Positions 1-9,405 of a stretch of DNA of 64,000 bases are shown here, in pieces (positions within the stretch are counted from its first letter, which is position 1; every line of letters starts with the position of its first letter). This DNA comes from an uncultured virus (IMG/VR IMGVR_UViG_3300021420_000025) (lineage: Duplodnaviria; Heunggongvirae; Uroviricota; Caudoviricetes), in IMG/VR virus record IMGVR_UViG_3300021420_000025. One strand, written 5' to 3'. The notes under the pieces are model-generated. The model saw only the letters and a program-made list of their open reading frames with translations, made no database searches and was not told where the DNA came from. A program made the translations under genes and the position numbers.

Positions 1-2186
1 GTCGCGCCGATCGCGCCCGAGGCGCCGGTCGGTCCGGTGAAGGACACGCCGGTGGCGCCCGCGGCTCCCGTGGCGCCCGGGAGTCCTGCAGGTCCAGTCG
101 CACCGGTCGGTCCTCCGGAGGGACCCGTAGCGCCCGCCGGTCCTGTGGCTCCGACGGGGCCGCCACTTGGGCCTGTCGGACCGAGAGGGCCGGTCGCCCC
201 AATGGCGCCCGTGATGCTGGGTCCGGTGACACTGGGCCCGGTGGCCCCCTGGATGCCCGTCGCGCCGACGGGACCCGTGAAAGCCGGACCGGTGGCGCCC
301 GCAGGGCCGGTCGCCGCAACGGGCCCCGTCGCGCCGATCGGTCCTGTGTTTCCTCGCGGGCCGGTGGGCCCCAACGAGCCGGTGGCTCCGATGGCCCCCG
401 TGACCGCCGGGCCAGTCGCGCCTTGCGGTCCGGTCGGTCCGAGCGTTCCTGTGGGGCCAATGGGGCCACCGGAAGGTCCGGTGGGTCCGAGAGGGCCGGT
501 CGGGCCCACAGGCCCACCGGAGGGACCGGTCGGCCCCAGCGGTCCAGTAGGCCCAAGCGGGCCAGTGGACATCGGTCCGGTCGGTCCGAGGGGCCCGGTG
601 TTGCCGGTCTGTCCGGTGGTTCCTAGCGGCCCTGTGGCCCCGAGCGGGCCGGTCGATCCGAGCGGTCCGGTCGCGCCGATGCTTCCCGTCACACTCGGGC
701 CGGTTTGCCCTTGCGGTCCCGTGGGCCCCTGAATGCCGGTCGCGCCGACCGGGCCGGTAAAGCTGGCCCCGGTGGGCCCCGTGGCGCCCGTCGGGCCGGT
801 GTTGCCGGTCGTGCCTGTGGGGCCCACCGGTCCGCCGCTTGGACCGGTAACCCCTTGCGGTCCGGTGGGGCCCACCGGTCCCCCAGAGGGCCCCGTGACG
901 CCGATCGGGCCTGTGGGGCCCAGGGGGCCCGTAAAACCAGGACCGGTCGCGCCGGTGGGTCCGGTATTGCCCGTCGTGCCTGTGGCGCCGATCGGGCCGG
1001 TAAAGGCAGGCCCCGTGCTGCCGGTGGGTCCGGTCGTGCCTTGCGGCCCGGTCGTGCCCTGAGGTCCAGTAAAGCCTGGACCGGTCGCCCCAAGCGGGCC
1101 GGTGGCGCCCTGCGCACCGAAGGGGCCCGTATTTCCCGTAGGTCCTGTCGGTCCGATCGCGCCCGTGACGGCCGGGCCGGTCGCGCCCGTCGGGCCTGTA
1201 TTTCCGGTGGTTCCTGTGGGGCCGACCGGTCCGCCGGACGGCCCTGTAGCCCCCTGCGGTCCCGTGGGACCTACGGGACCGCCGCTCGGCCCGGTCGTCC
1301 CTTGGGGGCCCGTAAAGGCCGGGCCTGTCGCGCCTGTCGTTCCGGTCGCTCCGGTCGGCCCGGTGGCGCCTTGCGGACCGGTGGGCCCGAGGGTCCCCGT
1401 CGGCCCGACAGGACCGCCGCTAGGACCAGTAGGGCCGAGCGGACCCGTAGGCCCGATCGGTCCCCCAGAGGGCCCCGTTTGGCCTGTGGGGCCCGTGCTG
1501 CCCGTGGGGCCCGTACTGCCACTTGGGCCCGTAAAGCCAGGTCCGGTCGCACCCGTGGGGCCGGTTTGCCCTTGCGGACCGGTTGCCCCGAGGGGTCCCG
1601 TCGCTCCGGTCGGTCCGCCGGAGGGGCCCGTTTGACCTTGCGGTCCGGTCGGACCGACGGGGCCACCGCTCGGACCGGTCGCGCCGGGGGGGCCCGTCGG
1701 GCCCAATTGGCCGGGATTGCCAATGTTGCCCGTCGGACCCGTTTGCCCGATTGGGCCGGTGCTGCCTGTGGTCCCTGTGGGCCCTTGCGGGCCCGTCACC
1801 GCGGGGCCGGTGGGTCCAAGGGGGCCGGTGTTGCCGGTTTGCCCGGTGATGCCGAGGGGTCCGGTGGCGCCTTGCGGACCCGTTTGCCCTTGCGGGCCAG
1901 TGCTTCCACGCGGTCCGGTCGGACCGACCGGTCCGCCGGAGGGCCCCGTCGCGCCGCTCGGTCCCGTGGGCCCGGGAGGGCCGCCGCTGGGGCCCGTTGT
2001 TCCGGAAGGGCCCGTCGGGCCAATCGCGCCCGTCACTGAGGGTCCGGTCACGGCCGGTCCTGTGGGCCCCACTGGGCCGGTGCTGCCGCGCGGTCCCGTC
2101 GCGCCCGTCACGCCCCCCGCTTGAAGACGCCCGTAGAGGCGGGAGTCTGCAATCTCGGCGGGATCGGGCGGCGGTCGAATGGCCAT
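1..2186 (-). CDS. Collagen-like (Gly-X-Y, GPT/GAT-rich) fibre protein, runs off the left edge
   Basis: Manual translation from ATG at 2186 gives [34 protein letters not shown]...; the same frame still reads [11 protein letters not shown] at position 3. GGAG lies ~10 nt upstream. It is missing from the ORF track because its stop is outside the window. Confidence 0.9.
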   Translation of the reverse strand, partial: MAIRPPPDPAEIADSRLYGRLQAGGVTGATGPRGSTGPVGPTGPAVTGPSVTGAIGPTGPSGTTGPSGGPPGPTGPSGATGPSGGPVGPTGPRGSTGPQGQTGPQGATGPLGITGQTGNTGPLGPTGPAVTGPQGPTGTTGSTGPIGQTGPTGNIGNPGQLGPTGPPGATGPSGGPVGPTGPQGQTGPSGGPTGATGPLGATGPQGQTGPTGATGPGFTGPSGSTGPTGSTGPTGQTGPSGGPIGPTGPLGPTGPSGGPVGPTGTLGPTGPQGATGPTGATGTTGATGPAFTGPQGTTGPSGGPVGPTGPQGATGPSGGPVGPTGTTGNTGPTGATGPAVTGAIGPTGPTGNTGPFGAQGATGPLGATGPGFTGPQGTTGPQGTTGPTGSTGPAFTGPIGATGTTGNTGPTGATGPGFTGPLGPTGPIGVTGPSGGPVGPTGPQGVTGPSGGPVGPTGTTGNTGPTGATGPTGASFTGPVGATGIQGPTGPQGQTGPSVTGSIGATGPLGSTGPLGATGPLGTTGQTGNTGPLGPTGPMSTGPLGPTGPLGPTGPSGGPVGPTGPLGPTGPSGGPIGPTGTLGPTGPQGATGPAVTGAIGATGSLGPTGPRGNTGPIGATGPVAATGPAGATGPAFTGPVGATGIQGATGPSVTGPSITGAIGATGPLGPTGPSGGPVGATGPAGATGPSGGPTGATGPAGLPGATGAAGATGVSFTGPTGASGAIGA

Positions 2187-2271
2187 CGGGGGAGAGCTCC
2201 AAGGCCGGGTCGAAACGTACCCGCCGAGTCGAAGCTACCCCACCTCTGGCCTTTGCGGTAGAGTCTCGCGC

Positions 2272-2901
2272 ATGGATGTCAAGCCCCCCACGGGGATGAT
2301 CGGGACGCTTCTCGCGTCGGGCGGCATCGTGGTGGGCTCCGTTTTTGCGGGGGCCTACGCGGGGGGTTTGTACCAAACCGACCCCACGCGAACGGCGGCC
2401 GCCCGAAGCGCCGGGGGGTCTCTTGGAGGATTGCTCGCCGCGCTTGGAGGCCTGCTCGTCGGGATGAAATACCCCGAATGGAAGCGCGTGGGAGAGACCA
2501 CGGCGTTATTGAGTGTGGGGCTCTACACCGCGGGCGTGGCGGCCCTCGCGACCGCGCAGGGCGCCCCTCTCGGCAATCCTTCGGTTACCGCGGCGGCACC
2601 TCAAACCCTTGTCGTGAGTACGACCGGCCAAAGTCTCAATTTGCATGTGGGCGATACGGTCTATGCCCAATTGCCCGTCACGGCGGGCGCGTCGTGGGCG
2701 TGGATTTCGAGCAACCCGCCCGTCGCTTCGACGTTGCCACAATTGCCGGGGACGGATCCAACCACTGGGCAGCCGTCGGCGACGTTGGAGAACGACGGAT
2801 TCACCGCGACGCAGACCGGCACGACGACGCTGACCGCGACGCAGACCAACACGGCCGGAACGCAGGTTGGCACCTTTACGCTCACTCTCAATGTCTCCTA
2901 A
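2272..2901 (+). CDS. Membrane protein with C-terminal Ig-like (chagasin/I42-like) domain
   Basis: Three hydrophobic segments, then SLNLHVGDTVYAQLPVTAGASWAW...GTTTLTAT...FTLTLNV beta-rich pattern. Start moved to ATG 2272 to avoid overlap with the divergent collagen gene. Confidence 0.55.
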   Translation: MDVKPPTGMIGTLLASGGIVVGSVFAGAYAGGLYQTDPTRTAAARSAGGSLGGLLAALGGLLVGMKYPEWKRVGETTALLSVGLYTAGVAALATAQGAPLGNPSVTAAAPQTLVVSTTGQSLNLHVGDTVYAQLPVTAGASWAWISSNPPVASTLPQLPGTDPTTGQPSATLENDGFTATQTGTTTLTATQTNTAGTQVGTFTLTLNVS

Positions 2902-2916
2902 AGGAGAATACGAAGA

Positions 2917-3141
2917 ATGAATCCTACGTTGGCCGGCGTTTCGGGGTGGGTCACGATCGGCGCTCTGTTTTACGCGGTCTTCGGGCCGCGGCAGAACGTG
3001 CACGCCGCGGCGACGGTGGCGTTGATTGGCGTCGGCGTCGGGGTGGTCGCCAATTCCAGCGCGACGACAGCGCCGACGGCGGGCGTCGGCCGGCTCCCCG
3101 GGCATGCCCCTTGCGCCGGCTGCGGCGGCCTAAAAGCCTGA
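2917..3141 (+). CDS. Small two-TM membrane protein with C-terminal CxxC
   Basis: AAGGAG upstream; two hydrophobic stretches; ends PCAGCGGLKA. Confidence 0.6.
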   Translation: MNPTLAGVSGWVTIGALFYAVFGPRQNVHAAATVALIGVGVGVVANSSATTAPTAGVGRLPGHAPCAGCGGLKA

Positions 3142-3363
3142 GGGCGCTTTCAAACGAAAGGTCGCGCTCAGCTTTTCCTTCGTAACCTTCCCCGCGCCTT
3201 CGCAGAGCGGGCAGCTCTCCGTCGTGCAGCGGTAGACGTTGTCGTTGCTCCACAAGGGGACCGCGACAGTCCCCTCGCCGGTGCAGCGCGGGCAAACCTC
3301 ATAGACCGGAGTTTTGTCCTCCTCGTGCGAGAAGCCCTTCGGGGGAGTCGACGGAGGTTTCAA
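3130..3363 (-). CDS. Small DnaJ-type zinc-finger protein
   Basis: CPRCTGEG and CPLCEGAG (CxxCxGxG) repeats; start uncertain. Confidence 0.55.
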   Translation of the reverse strand: MKPPSTPPKGFSHEEDKTPVYEVCPRCTGEGTVAVPLWSNDNVYRCTTESCPLCEGAGKVTKEKLSATFRLKAPSGF

Positions 3364-3850
3364 TGGGAGTGTCCGAGGAAAGAGAAGAAGAAGCCAAGAA
3401 CTGGTGTAGCACCCCCAAAGCCGCTCTCGTGCGACGGTCCGCCAGCTTGCGCGCTTGGACGCATCCGCCGCTGAGCGGCGCGGCGGGGCTTTCCGGGCAA
3501 ACCTTGCTTCCGTCGTGGAGCATCGCGAGCCATGCTTGCGTTTGCGTCCCGATGGACCCCAGCCCGGCCGCGCGGTGGAGCTGAAAGAGGCCGTGGGCTT
3601 GCCCGCCGTCGCCTACGACACGAGGGCGTAGCCAGCTCTCTTCGACCGCCCATCGCGCGGCCAGGGCAGCTTCTTCGTCTTCACTCCCGATGGGATTGGG
3701 GTCGGCCATCACGGCGTTCGCGATGGCGTCGGCGATCGCGGCGGCGTGGGGCGCCCGTGCGGCCATCGGGTGAAACGCGGTCCACACGGCAAAACAGAGC
3801 GCTTTGAGGAGAGAATAACGCGACGCGTAATAGAGGGCGGCATAGACCAT
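3299..3850 (-). CDS. Lytic transglycosylase/lysozyme-like (SLT-like) protein
   Basis: N-terminal hydrophobic segment; catalytic-type EES followed by GDGGQAHGLFQL (GLxQ motif). Confidence 0.6.
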   Translation of the reverse strand: MVYAALYYASRYSLLKALCFAVWTAFHPMAARAPHAAAIADAIANAVMADPNPIGSEDEEAALAARWAVEESWLRPRVVGDGGQAHGLFQLHRAAGLGSIGTQTQAWLAMLHDGSKVCPESPAAPLSGGCVQARKLADRRTRAALGVLHQFLASSSLSSDTPIETSVDSPEGLLARGGQNSGL

Positions 3851-3883
3851 GACGCGGGTCCTACCGCGGGGAGTCTTGTCGCG

Positions 3884-4117
3884 TCAACGGGGTAACTTCG
3901 ACCCTAGGGACTTGGCGACGGCTTCCTCCGCGGCGCCGTCGGCGATGTCCAGGATGGCCGACACGGTCGCGCGGTTCTCGGGCGTATTGCCCCCAAGCGC
4001 CGCGATGAGCGCGGCAATCCCCTTTTGCTTTTGGGTGGGTGGAGGTTTGGGCGCCTCGGCGAGCATCTTGAAGGCGCTGCTGAGGTCTTTGAAGTTTTGC
4101 TCTCGGTTCGAGTGCAT
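3884..4117 (-). CDS. Hypothetical protein
   Basis: ATG at 4117 overlaps the upstream stop; normal composition (MHSNREQNFKDL...). Confidence 0.5.
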   Translation of the reverse strand: MHSNREQNFKDLSSAFKMLAEAPKPPPTQKQKGIAALIAALGGNTPENRATVSAILDIADGAAEEAVAKSLGSKLPR

Positions 4118-4578
4118 TAGCGCGCTGCCTTTCCCGCCAAGTGAAGCATCACCCAAAAGAGCGCAACGACGGCCGCGGCAAACGCGCCGCTTTCCGCGAT
4201 CAGGCCCCAATCGGATTGTTCCAGGTCATCGGCCCCGAAGAGCGCGGCGGTCGGGTCGGGGGTGAGAAGCGCATCGACGTTGGGATTTGCAAGAGCGCCC
4301 ATGCCGGGGCTTCCCGCGGCGGACGAGGAGGGGATAAGGAGAGAGATACCGGGAATGCAAATACCGGTGATCAGCGCCCCATTTCGGTTGGTCCACGTAT
4401 GGTGGGATTTGTAGATCCCCACCGTTTGGCCGTTGTAAACGGTTTGGCCCGTGAAGGTCCCGTAGCGATACCGGTTGATGTGGTCGCGCGCGTCGATCGC
4501 GATTTGCACGAGCTCGGGCGGGACGTTGCCGCGCCAGACCTTCCATCCGACCGGCGTCGGCTCAATCGCGCAGGCCAT
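4117..4578 (-). CDS. Hypothetical membrane-anchored (possible virion) protein
   Basis: C-terminal TM helix; contains a PGMGA motif like those in the structural-module proteins. Confidence 0.6.
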   Translation of the reverse strand: MACAIEPTPVGWKVWRGNVPPELVQIAIDARDHINRYRYGTFTGQTVYNGQTVGIYKSHHTWTNRNGALITGICIPGISLLIPSSSAAGSPGMGALANPNVDALLTPDPTAALFGADDLEQSDWGLIAESGAFAAAVVALFWVMLHLAGKAAR

Positions 4579-4581
4579 GTG

Positions 4582-4788
4582 TCATCGGGCCTTTTTTTCC
4601 ACCTTCGTGAATTCAATGCGCACGACCCCATCGAGCGGGAAGAGCGCAAACACGGTCGGGTCGATCACCCCAATCTTTACAACGGCGCCGTTGAACGGGC
4701 CCTTCTCTTCCACGGGCTTGAGGCGGTACGTTTTCAGGGGGCCAATTTGGCCCTCCTGAAAACCAACGACGCGGAAATCGGCCTTCAA
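4582..4788 (-). CDS. Hypothetical protein
   Basis: Packed into the - strand operon with 3-nt gaps. Confidence 0.55.
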   Translation of the reverse strand: MKADFRVVGFQEGQIGPLKTYRLKPVEEKGPFNGAVVKIGVIDPTVFALFPLDGVVRIEFTKVEKKAR

Positions 4789-4791
4789 GAC

Positions 4792-5040
4792 TTAGGAGCT
4801 TTGGCGGAAGCCGAGAATGCTCGCTTGCGTGAGCCCCGCGAGGTCGTACGGTGGATCGCCCGTCACGCTCCCCGGCATGAGCTCCCGGGTGTTTTTGCCG
4901 GCCGTCCGCGCCTTCTGGCGCCAGAGCATCGCCGTCGCATAGACTTCCTGCTCGGAAGGCACTTGCTGCGCCTGGGCGACCGAGACGGGGGACCGTGCAG
5001 GATTCAAACTGGGACGTTCCATGGGGGGATCGTACCTCAA
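4792..5040 (-). CDS. Hypothetical protein
   Basis: Coupled to the upstream ORF by a 4-nt overlap. Confidence 0.45.
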   Translation of the reverse strand: MRYDPPMERPSLNPARSPVSVAQAQQVPSEQEVYATAMLWRQKARTAGKNTRELMPGSVTGDPPYDLAGLTQASILGFRQSS

Positions 5041-5636
5041 CTTTGCGTTGGGGTCGAATTTGCAGGCCAGATCCCGCCCGTGACTTGGGCGAACAGCATG
5101 AACTTGCGGATGCGCGCGAGCAGCTCTGGGCCAATCGCGATATAGCCGTGTCCGTCGGCCTGTATTGTATCGAGCGCCCTACGGATTTGCATGCCCTCTG
5201 GATTGACGCTTTGCGGTAAGTGTTCGGGACGGCGGTCGTTGATGAGACGCAAGAACGCCCGGAGACGAGCGTTCTTCTCGAGGGAAAGGCTTAGCGTGCC
5301 ATGACCGCCTGTAAGATCGTCGAGCATCAAAAGGAGCTGTTTGGCCTCGACGACAACGGCATGCCAATCGAAAGGGTTGACGTTGCCGCCCGCGCCGCCA
5401 CCACCTGCGGCGTTGTAGGGCCTCTCCGGGGAAAGCTTCAACCCGCAACGGCAGCACCAGACGACGTCCTGCAAATCCGGCTGCCAATGTTTGGTACCTC
5501 GACGGTGATCGCCCTGCGGGTGGGGGCACTCCTCTTGCGTCGCGCGGACGGCCGCAAGAATCGCCGGGAAGCTCTTGGCGTTCTCTTTGCGCGATTTCTC
5601 GCAAGCGCGAATCAAATCGCTATTGGCGTATCCCAT
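5037..5636 (-). CDS. Hypothetical protein (CPH...CCRC Zn-binding-like)
   Basis: AAGGAAG upstream; in operon register. Confidence 0.55.
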   Translation of the reverse strand: MGYANSDLIRACEKSRKENAKSFPAILAAVRATQEECPHPQGDHRRGTKHWQPDLQDVVWCCRCGLKLSPERPYNAAGGGGAGGNVNPFDWHAVVVEAKQLLLMLDDLTGGHGTLSLSLEKNARLRAFLRLINDRRPEHLPQSVNPEGMQIRRALDTIQADGHGYIAIGPELLARIRKFMLFAQVTGGIWPANSTPTQS

Positions 5637-5792
5637 GGAGCTTCCTTCTTCGCGCGTCGTTCGCGCGTTTCGATTTGCAGGTTTGGCAGTACGACAGGCC
5701 CGGCACTCTCCCGCGCAGCTTGCAGTCGAGGCAAGGCTGCGGTTCGCTGAGCGAGAGGCGCTTCGCAGGGTAGCCGTTGGGACGATGGCGGC

Positions 5793-5975
5793 TCATTTGA
5801 AGGGCGGCTCTAGGCGCGGCCCTATGACGCGCAGTTCTGGGAGGTTGGCCTCATCGCAGCCGGGGGCCTCGCCGACGAAATACCAACCAGCACGCCCGTC
5901 GAGGCGAATAAGCTCGGCGACTTCGAGCTCGAAGTCGCGGCCGCGGGAAACCCAATAGAATCCATTAGGCAACAT
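5793..5975 (-). CDS. Small GFYWV-motif protein
   Basis: MLPNGFYWVSR...AEL...GWYFVGE; similar to the N-terminus of the adjacent ORF 5977-6420. Confidence 0.55.
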   Translation of the reverse strand: MLPNGFYWVSRGRDFELEVAELIRLDGRAGWYFVGEAPGCDEANLPELRVIGPRLEPPFK

Positions 5976-5976
5976 T

Positions 5977-6420
5977 TTACCAATCTCCGTAGACGTAATG
6001 GGTTTGGCTTGCGTAGGCGATGCCCGAGAAGCCGCACCCTTTGGGGCACGGGCCGTCGAGGCGCGGCCAGCGGTAGCGAATGTCTGCGGCGGTTGCCTTT
6101 CGGATGACGCCGAACATCCCGCCGACGACTTGACCGAGGGCGTTCGTGACCCTCGTGTCGATGCCCGTTTCAAAAAGCTTGCGCGCAGCCTCGACGTCGA
6201 ACGTCACGCCATGATCGCAAGGCGATAGGGGCATTTCGAGCTCTTTGAGCACCGAGAGTCCGCCGTACACAAGCTTCTCCGAACAAACTCGGATCTCCGC
6301 GCCATCAATACCCTCATTTTCACCCGCGAAGAACCACCGGCCGCGGGAAAACTCGGCGACGACGAATCCCACGTCTTGGCGCACAACCCAATAGAAGCCC
6401 GAACTTCTCACGTGCGGCAT
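5977..6420 (-). CDS. GFYWV-motif protein with C-terminal Cys/His domain
   Basis: SGFYWVVR...AEF..GRWFFAGE N-terminus; PCDH...CPKGC...HYVYGDW C-terminus. Confidence 0.6.
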   Translation of the reverse strand: MPHVRSSGFYWVVRQDVGFVVAEFSRGRWFFAGENEGIDGAEIRVCSEKLVYGGLSVLKELEMPLSPCDHGVTFDVEAARKLFETGIDTRVTNALGQVVGGMFGVIRKATAADIRYRWPRLDGPCPKGCGFSGIAYASQTHYVYGDW

Positions 6421-8135
6421 TTCTTCTTCCCTTGTTCTCTTTCCATTTCTTCGAGCCTCTTCGCCAAAGCCTCCAAGCCTCCGCCCTTATCGTTGCCTTC
6501 GAGCTCCCGCCGAAGCCCGTCCCCCGTCGTGCCGATCACCGCTTCAAACGTGTCGAGCTTGTGAATCACCGCGTCGAGTACCAGTTCGTCCCCCGTGCCG
6601 CGTGCGATCACGTATTGAATGAGCGTCGGGCGCTCTTGCCCGAACCGGTTGACCCGCGCCTCGGCCTGCGCGAGCTCGTGCGGCTCCCACGTGAGCTCGA
6701 CGAAGACGGCCACGTCGGCGTAGGAAAGGTCGATGCCCGTGGACGTGGAGTCGATCGTGCATGCCATCACGTGGCAGGTCTGAAGCTTCGCGTTCTCGAT
6801 GCGCTCGCGCCGTTTGGCCCCCGGGACGCCCCCGAAGATGACGTCGGCCGGAATGTCGCGCGCCGCCATGGCGTTCGCGATGTAGCTCGCGATCGCGCGG
6901 CGCCACGTGAAGACGATGACGTGATGGCCCTCCTGGGCGTGGCCGGCAATGAGCTCGATGGAAGGGTTGAGCTTGCCGTCGGCCGCGAGGTTCAAGACTT
7001 CACGCATCGCTTTGGAGCTCTTCAGAATGCTGCCGGTCGCCATGACGCGTTTCTTCGCGGGGATTTCGACGTCGATGATTTGGCGCGTCATCGGCGGCAG
7101 CTCGAGGCGGACGTCTTGGACGGTTCGGCGGAGCATGAAGTACCGGAGCCTTCGCGATAAAGTCTTGAGATTCGATTTGCCGTCGAACTGCCACACTATC
7201 TTGTCTTTTGTCACTTCGACCTTCTGGCCGGCGCAAAAGGTCAAGCCGTAGTTGAAGAAGTGCCCCATGCGGCCGGGCGAGATCGTGTCGATCAAATTCC
7301 ACAAATCGCGCGGCCGTTCGACGGGCGGGGTGCCGGTCAGTGCGAACTTCGCGCTCGCGTGGCGCGCGAGCAGGGCCACCGCGGCCCCACGGCGGGATTT
7401 CGCGCTTTGGAGCGCAAGGTGCGCTTCGTCGAGAATCAACGTGCGATAGCCCCATTGGAGCAACACCTCGACCCAGGCGTAGACAATGTCGTAGTGGATA
7501 ACGACGACATCGGCGTTCTCTAAGACAGAAGGAAAACGCCCGTCGACCATCTTGTGATGCAGCGGCTTTCTTCCTTCGGTTAGCTCCGCCTTGGTCGCGC
7601 GTCGCAGAGGCGTAAAGGGGTTGACGCCTTCGGGCGTGCAGACGTTGCGCGCGGCGGGCCACCACCGCTGTATTTGGCCCTTATTGTGCTTCTCTCGCGA
7701 CGCGTCGAGATGCGCCCAGACGCCGCGGACGTACGACGGGCAGACCACCAAAGTTTTCTCTCTGAGTGCCCGCGCCGCCGTCATGGCCTGCGCGGACTTG
7801 CCGACGCCCATCCCATCGGCGAGCAGCGCGCCGGTCGGCCCTTGATTGAGCAAAAACCGGACGCCGACCTTCTGGTAGTCGCGGAGCTGCGAATCCGCAA
7901 CGGGCATGAGCGGTTCGCCGTAGTCCCCCGGCTTCGGCAAGGCGCTCTTATCAAACAAAACCCCCTGCTTCTTCAGTATCCGCAAGACGCTTGAAATCGC
8001 ATCGGGATAACCCCGCCACGGGCCGCCCTCCCAACGCATGCCGGGGACGGCGTTGCACGCCGCGCGCAGGGCCGGCGAGAAGCGGTCGGAGAGCAGGCCG
8101 TAATGCGGCTTTTCAAGTTTGACGACGCGGATCAT
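6408..8135 (-). CDS. SNF2-family (SF2) helicase/translocase
   Basis: LRDYQ, LADGMGVGKS (motif I), LILDEAH (II), ALTGTP (III), TGIDLS and QAEARVNRFGQ (V/VI). Confidence 0.92.
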   Translation of the reverse strand: MIRVVKLEKPHYGLLSDRFSPALRAACNAVPGMRWEGGPWRGYPDAISSVLRILKKQGVLFDKSALPKPGDYGEPLMPVADSQLRDYQKVGVRFLLNQGPTGALLADGMGVGKSAQAMTAARALREKTLVVCPSYVRGVWAHLDASREKHNKGQIQRWWPAARNVCTPEGVNPFTPLRRATKAELTEGRKPLHHKMVDGRFPSVLENADVVVIHYDIVYAWVEVLLQWGYRTLILDEAHLALQSAKSRRGAAVALLARHASAKFALTGTPPVERPRDLWNLIDTISPGRMGHFFNYGLTFCAGQKVEVTKDKIVWQFDGKSNLKTLSRRLRYFMLRRTVQDVRLELPPMTRQIIDVEIPAKKRVMATGSILKSSKAMREVLNLAADGKLNPSIELIAGHAQEGHHVIVFTWRRAIASYIANAMAARDIPADVIFGGVPGAKRRERIENAKLQTCHVMACTIDSTSTGIDLSYADVAVFVELTWEPHELAQAEARVNRFGQERPTLIQYVIARGTGDELVLDAVIHKLDTFEAVIGTTGDGLRRELEGNDKGGGLEALAKRLEEMEREQGKKKCRT

Positions 8136-8730
8136 GGGTTGGGCAGAACGGTATGGGCTCGGCTTGTCGAATTGACTCGGGATGGATTGGCTTGTCGCGC
8201 GGGGCAGGTATGGCGTGGGTCGTCAAAGAGGGGCGGTGGGGCGTGGCGTAGTCTGTCGTAAGGGAGTGGCTAGGCAGAACTGGGCGCGGTGCGTCGCGAT
8301 GGCGCGGTGGGGGACGGATTGTCGAAGGGGTCAGGTCTGGCATGATCCGCCGCGCGGGGGGCTAGGCTGACTGGATTTGATCTGTCGCGAGGGTCTGACT
8401 CGGCATGAACTGTCGCAATGAGATGGCTTGAGTGTGGCGCGGTAAGTCGCAAGGGCTCGAAGCGGCTTGGAGTGTCGGATCGGCGGGGCTAGGCACGGCT
8501 CGTCGAAGCGAGAAGAGGCGGCTAGGATCGTCGAAACGGGTTGGGCAGAGGCGTTGGGGTAGGGCGCGTCGAGTCGACTCGGATGGGGTCGTGTGGGCTT
8601 GTCGCGCGGGTTTGAACAAGCATTGGTCTGGTACGTCAGAACGGGTCGGTACTCGGTACGGCAGGTCACGTCGCATTGGATCGATCGAGGCGCGGTAAGT
8701 CATGTCGGCTCGATGAGGTTTGGTAAGTCA
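8136..8730. repeat. Degenerate pentamer-periodic array A (YGTCGNNN marker + NGGNN pentamers), candidate guide-RNA array
   Basis: + strand markers (NGTCR-like) at 8165, 8193, 8221, 8254, 8292, 8320, 8348, 8383, 8411, 8445, 8473, 8501, 8529, 8567, 8600, 8634, 8664, 8698, 8726. 13 of 18 spacings are exactly 28, 33 or 38 nt (8+5n). Fills the gap between the Cas7-like stop and the SNF2 start. Confidence 0.85.
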
Positions 8731-9405
8731 CGCCGGGACGCGTTGGAACTCCAGCAAATCGAACTTGCCGCGCCCTTGGCTCCGGTCGGCGCCCAAGCCG
8801 TTCTCTTGCCCGAAGACCAGCATCTTGACGAGATCTTCTTCGCCGACGTGGCGCTTCTCCGCGGTCGCCGTCGTGAGCACCCACACTTCAAAATGGAGCA
8901 AAGGCCGACTCACATAGTCGACGCGCTTGATGGCCGTGCGCGGCCCTTGCGCGGTTTGCACGTGAATCGGGCCTTCGTCGAAGCCGTCGGGTTTGTCGGC
9001 CCCGAGGTAGACGCGGTCGTCCACGTCGGGCCCTTTGATTTCAAACCCGTGTTGAAAGATTTGCTTGCTTCCGATCTTCTGGGTCGTGATCCGCAGCATC
9101 GTGGCGCTCTCTTTGAAGAGCGCTTTGATCTGTCGGCTCCAGACGAAGAGTCCTTTTTTGTCCGCCGGGAAGGTATTCCACGACTTCTCTACGGTGGGCT
9201 CGAGGAGCGCTTCGCGGGCTTCCTTTTCGAGCTCCGTCGTTTTGGCGTCGTCGTGCTCGGTCGTAGCCGCGATCCACCCTTTGAGAAGATCGGGGTTTTT
9301 GGGCATGCCCCCGCAGATGCGGTCGCGCATGCGAAGGCTGACGCGGTAGACGTCATAGAGGGGGCGGGGATCGAACTTTGCGGGGCGGGTGGCTTCTTTG
9401 GTCAT
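8728..9405 (-). CDS. Stand-alone Cas7/RAMP-superfamily-like RNA-binding protein
   Basis: N-terminal beta strand YRVSLRMRDRICGG; LFVWSRQIKALFKESA resembles the RAMP 'IPGSSLKGALR' helix; C-terminal Gly-rich loop GLGADRSQGRGKF. 225 aa; no other cas gene recognised nearby. Confidence 0.75.
   Translation of the reverse strand: MTKEATRPAKFDPRPLYDVYRVSLRMRDRICGGMPKNPDLLKGWIAATTEHDDAKTTELEKEAREALLEPTVEKSWNTFPADKKGLFVWSRQIKALFKESATMLRITTQKIGSKQIFQHGFEIKGPDVDDRVYLGADKPDGFDEGPIHVQTAQGPRTAIKRVDYVSRPLLHFEVWVLTTATAEKRHVGEEDLVKMLVFGQENGLGADRSQGRGKFDLLEFQRVPA

Noticed and set aside
37..2124. + strand Pro/Val-rich ORFs (PVAPVGP...), also at 42019-44649
   Set aside because: They are antisense shadows of the - strand collagen genes.
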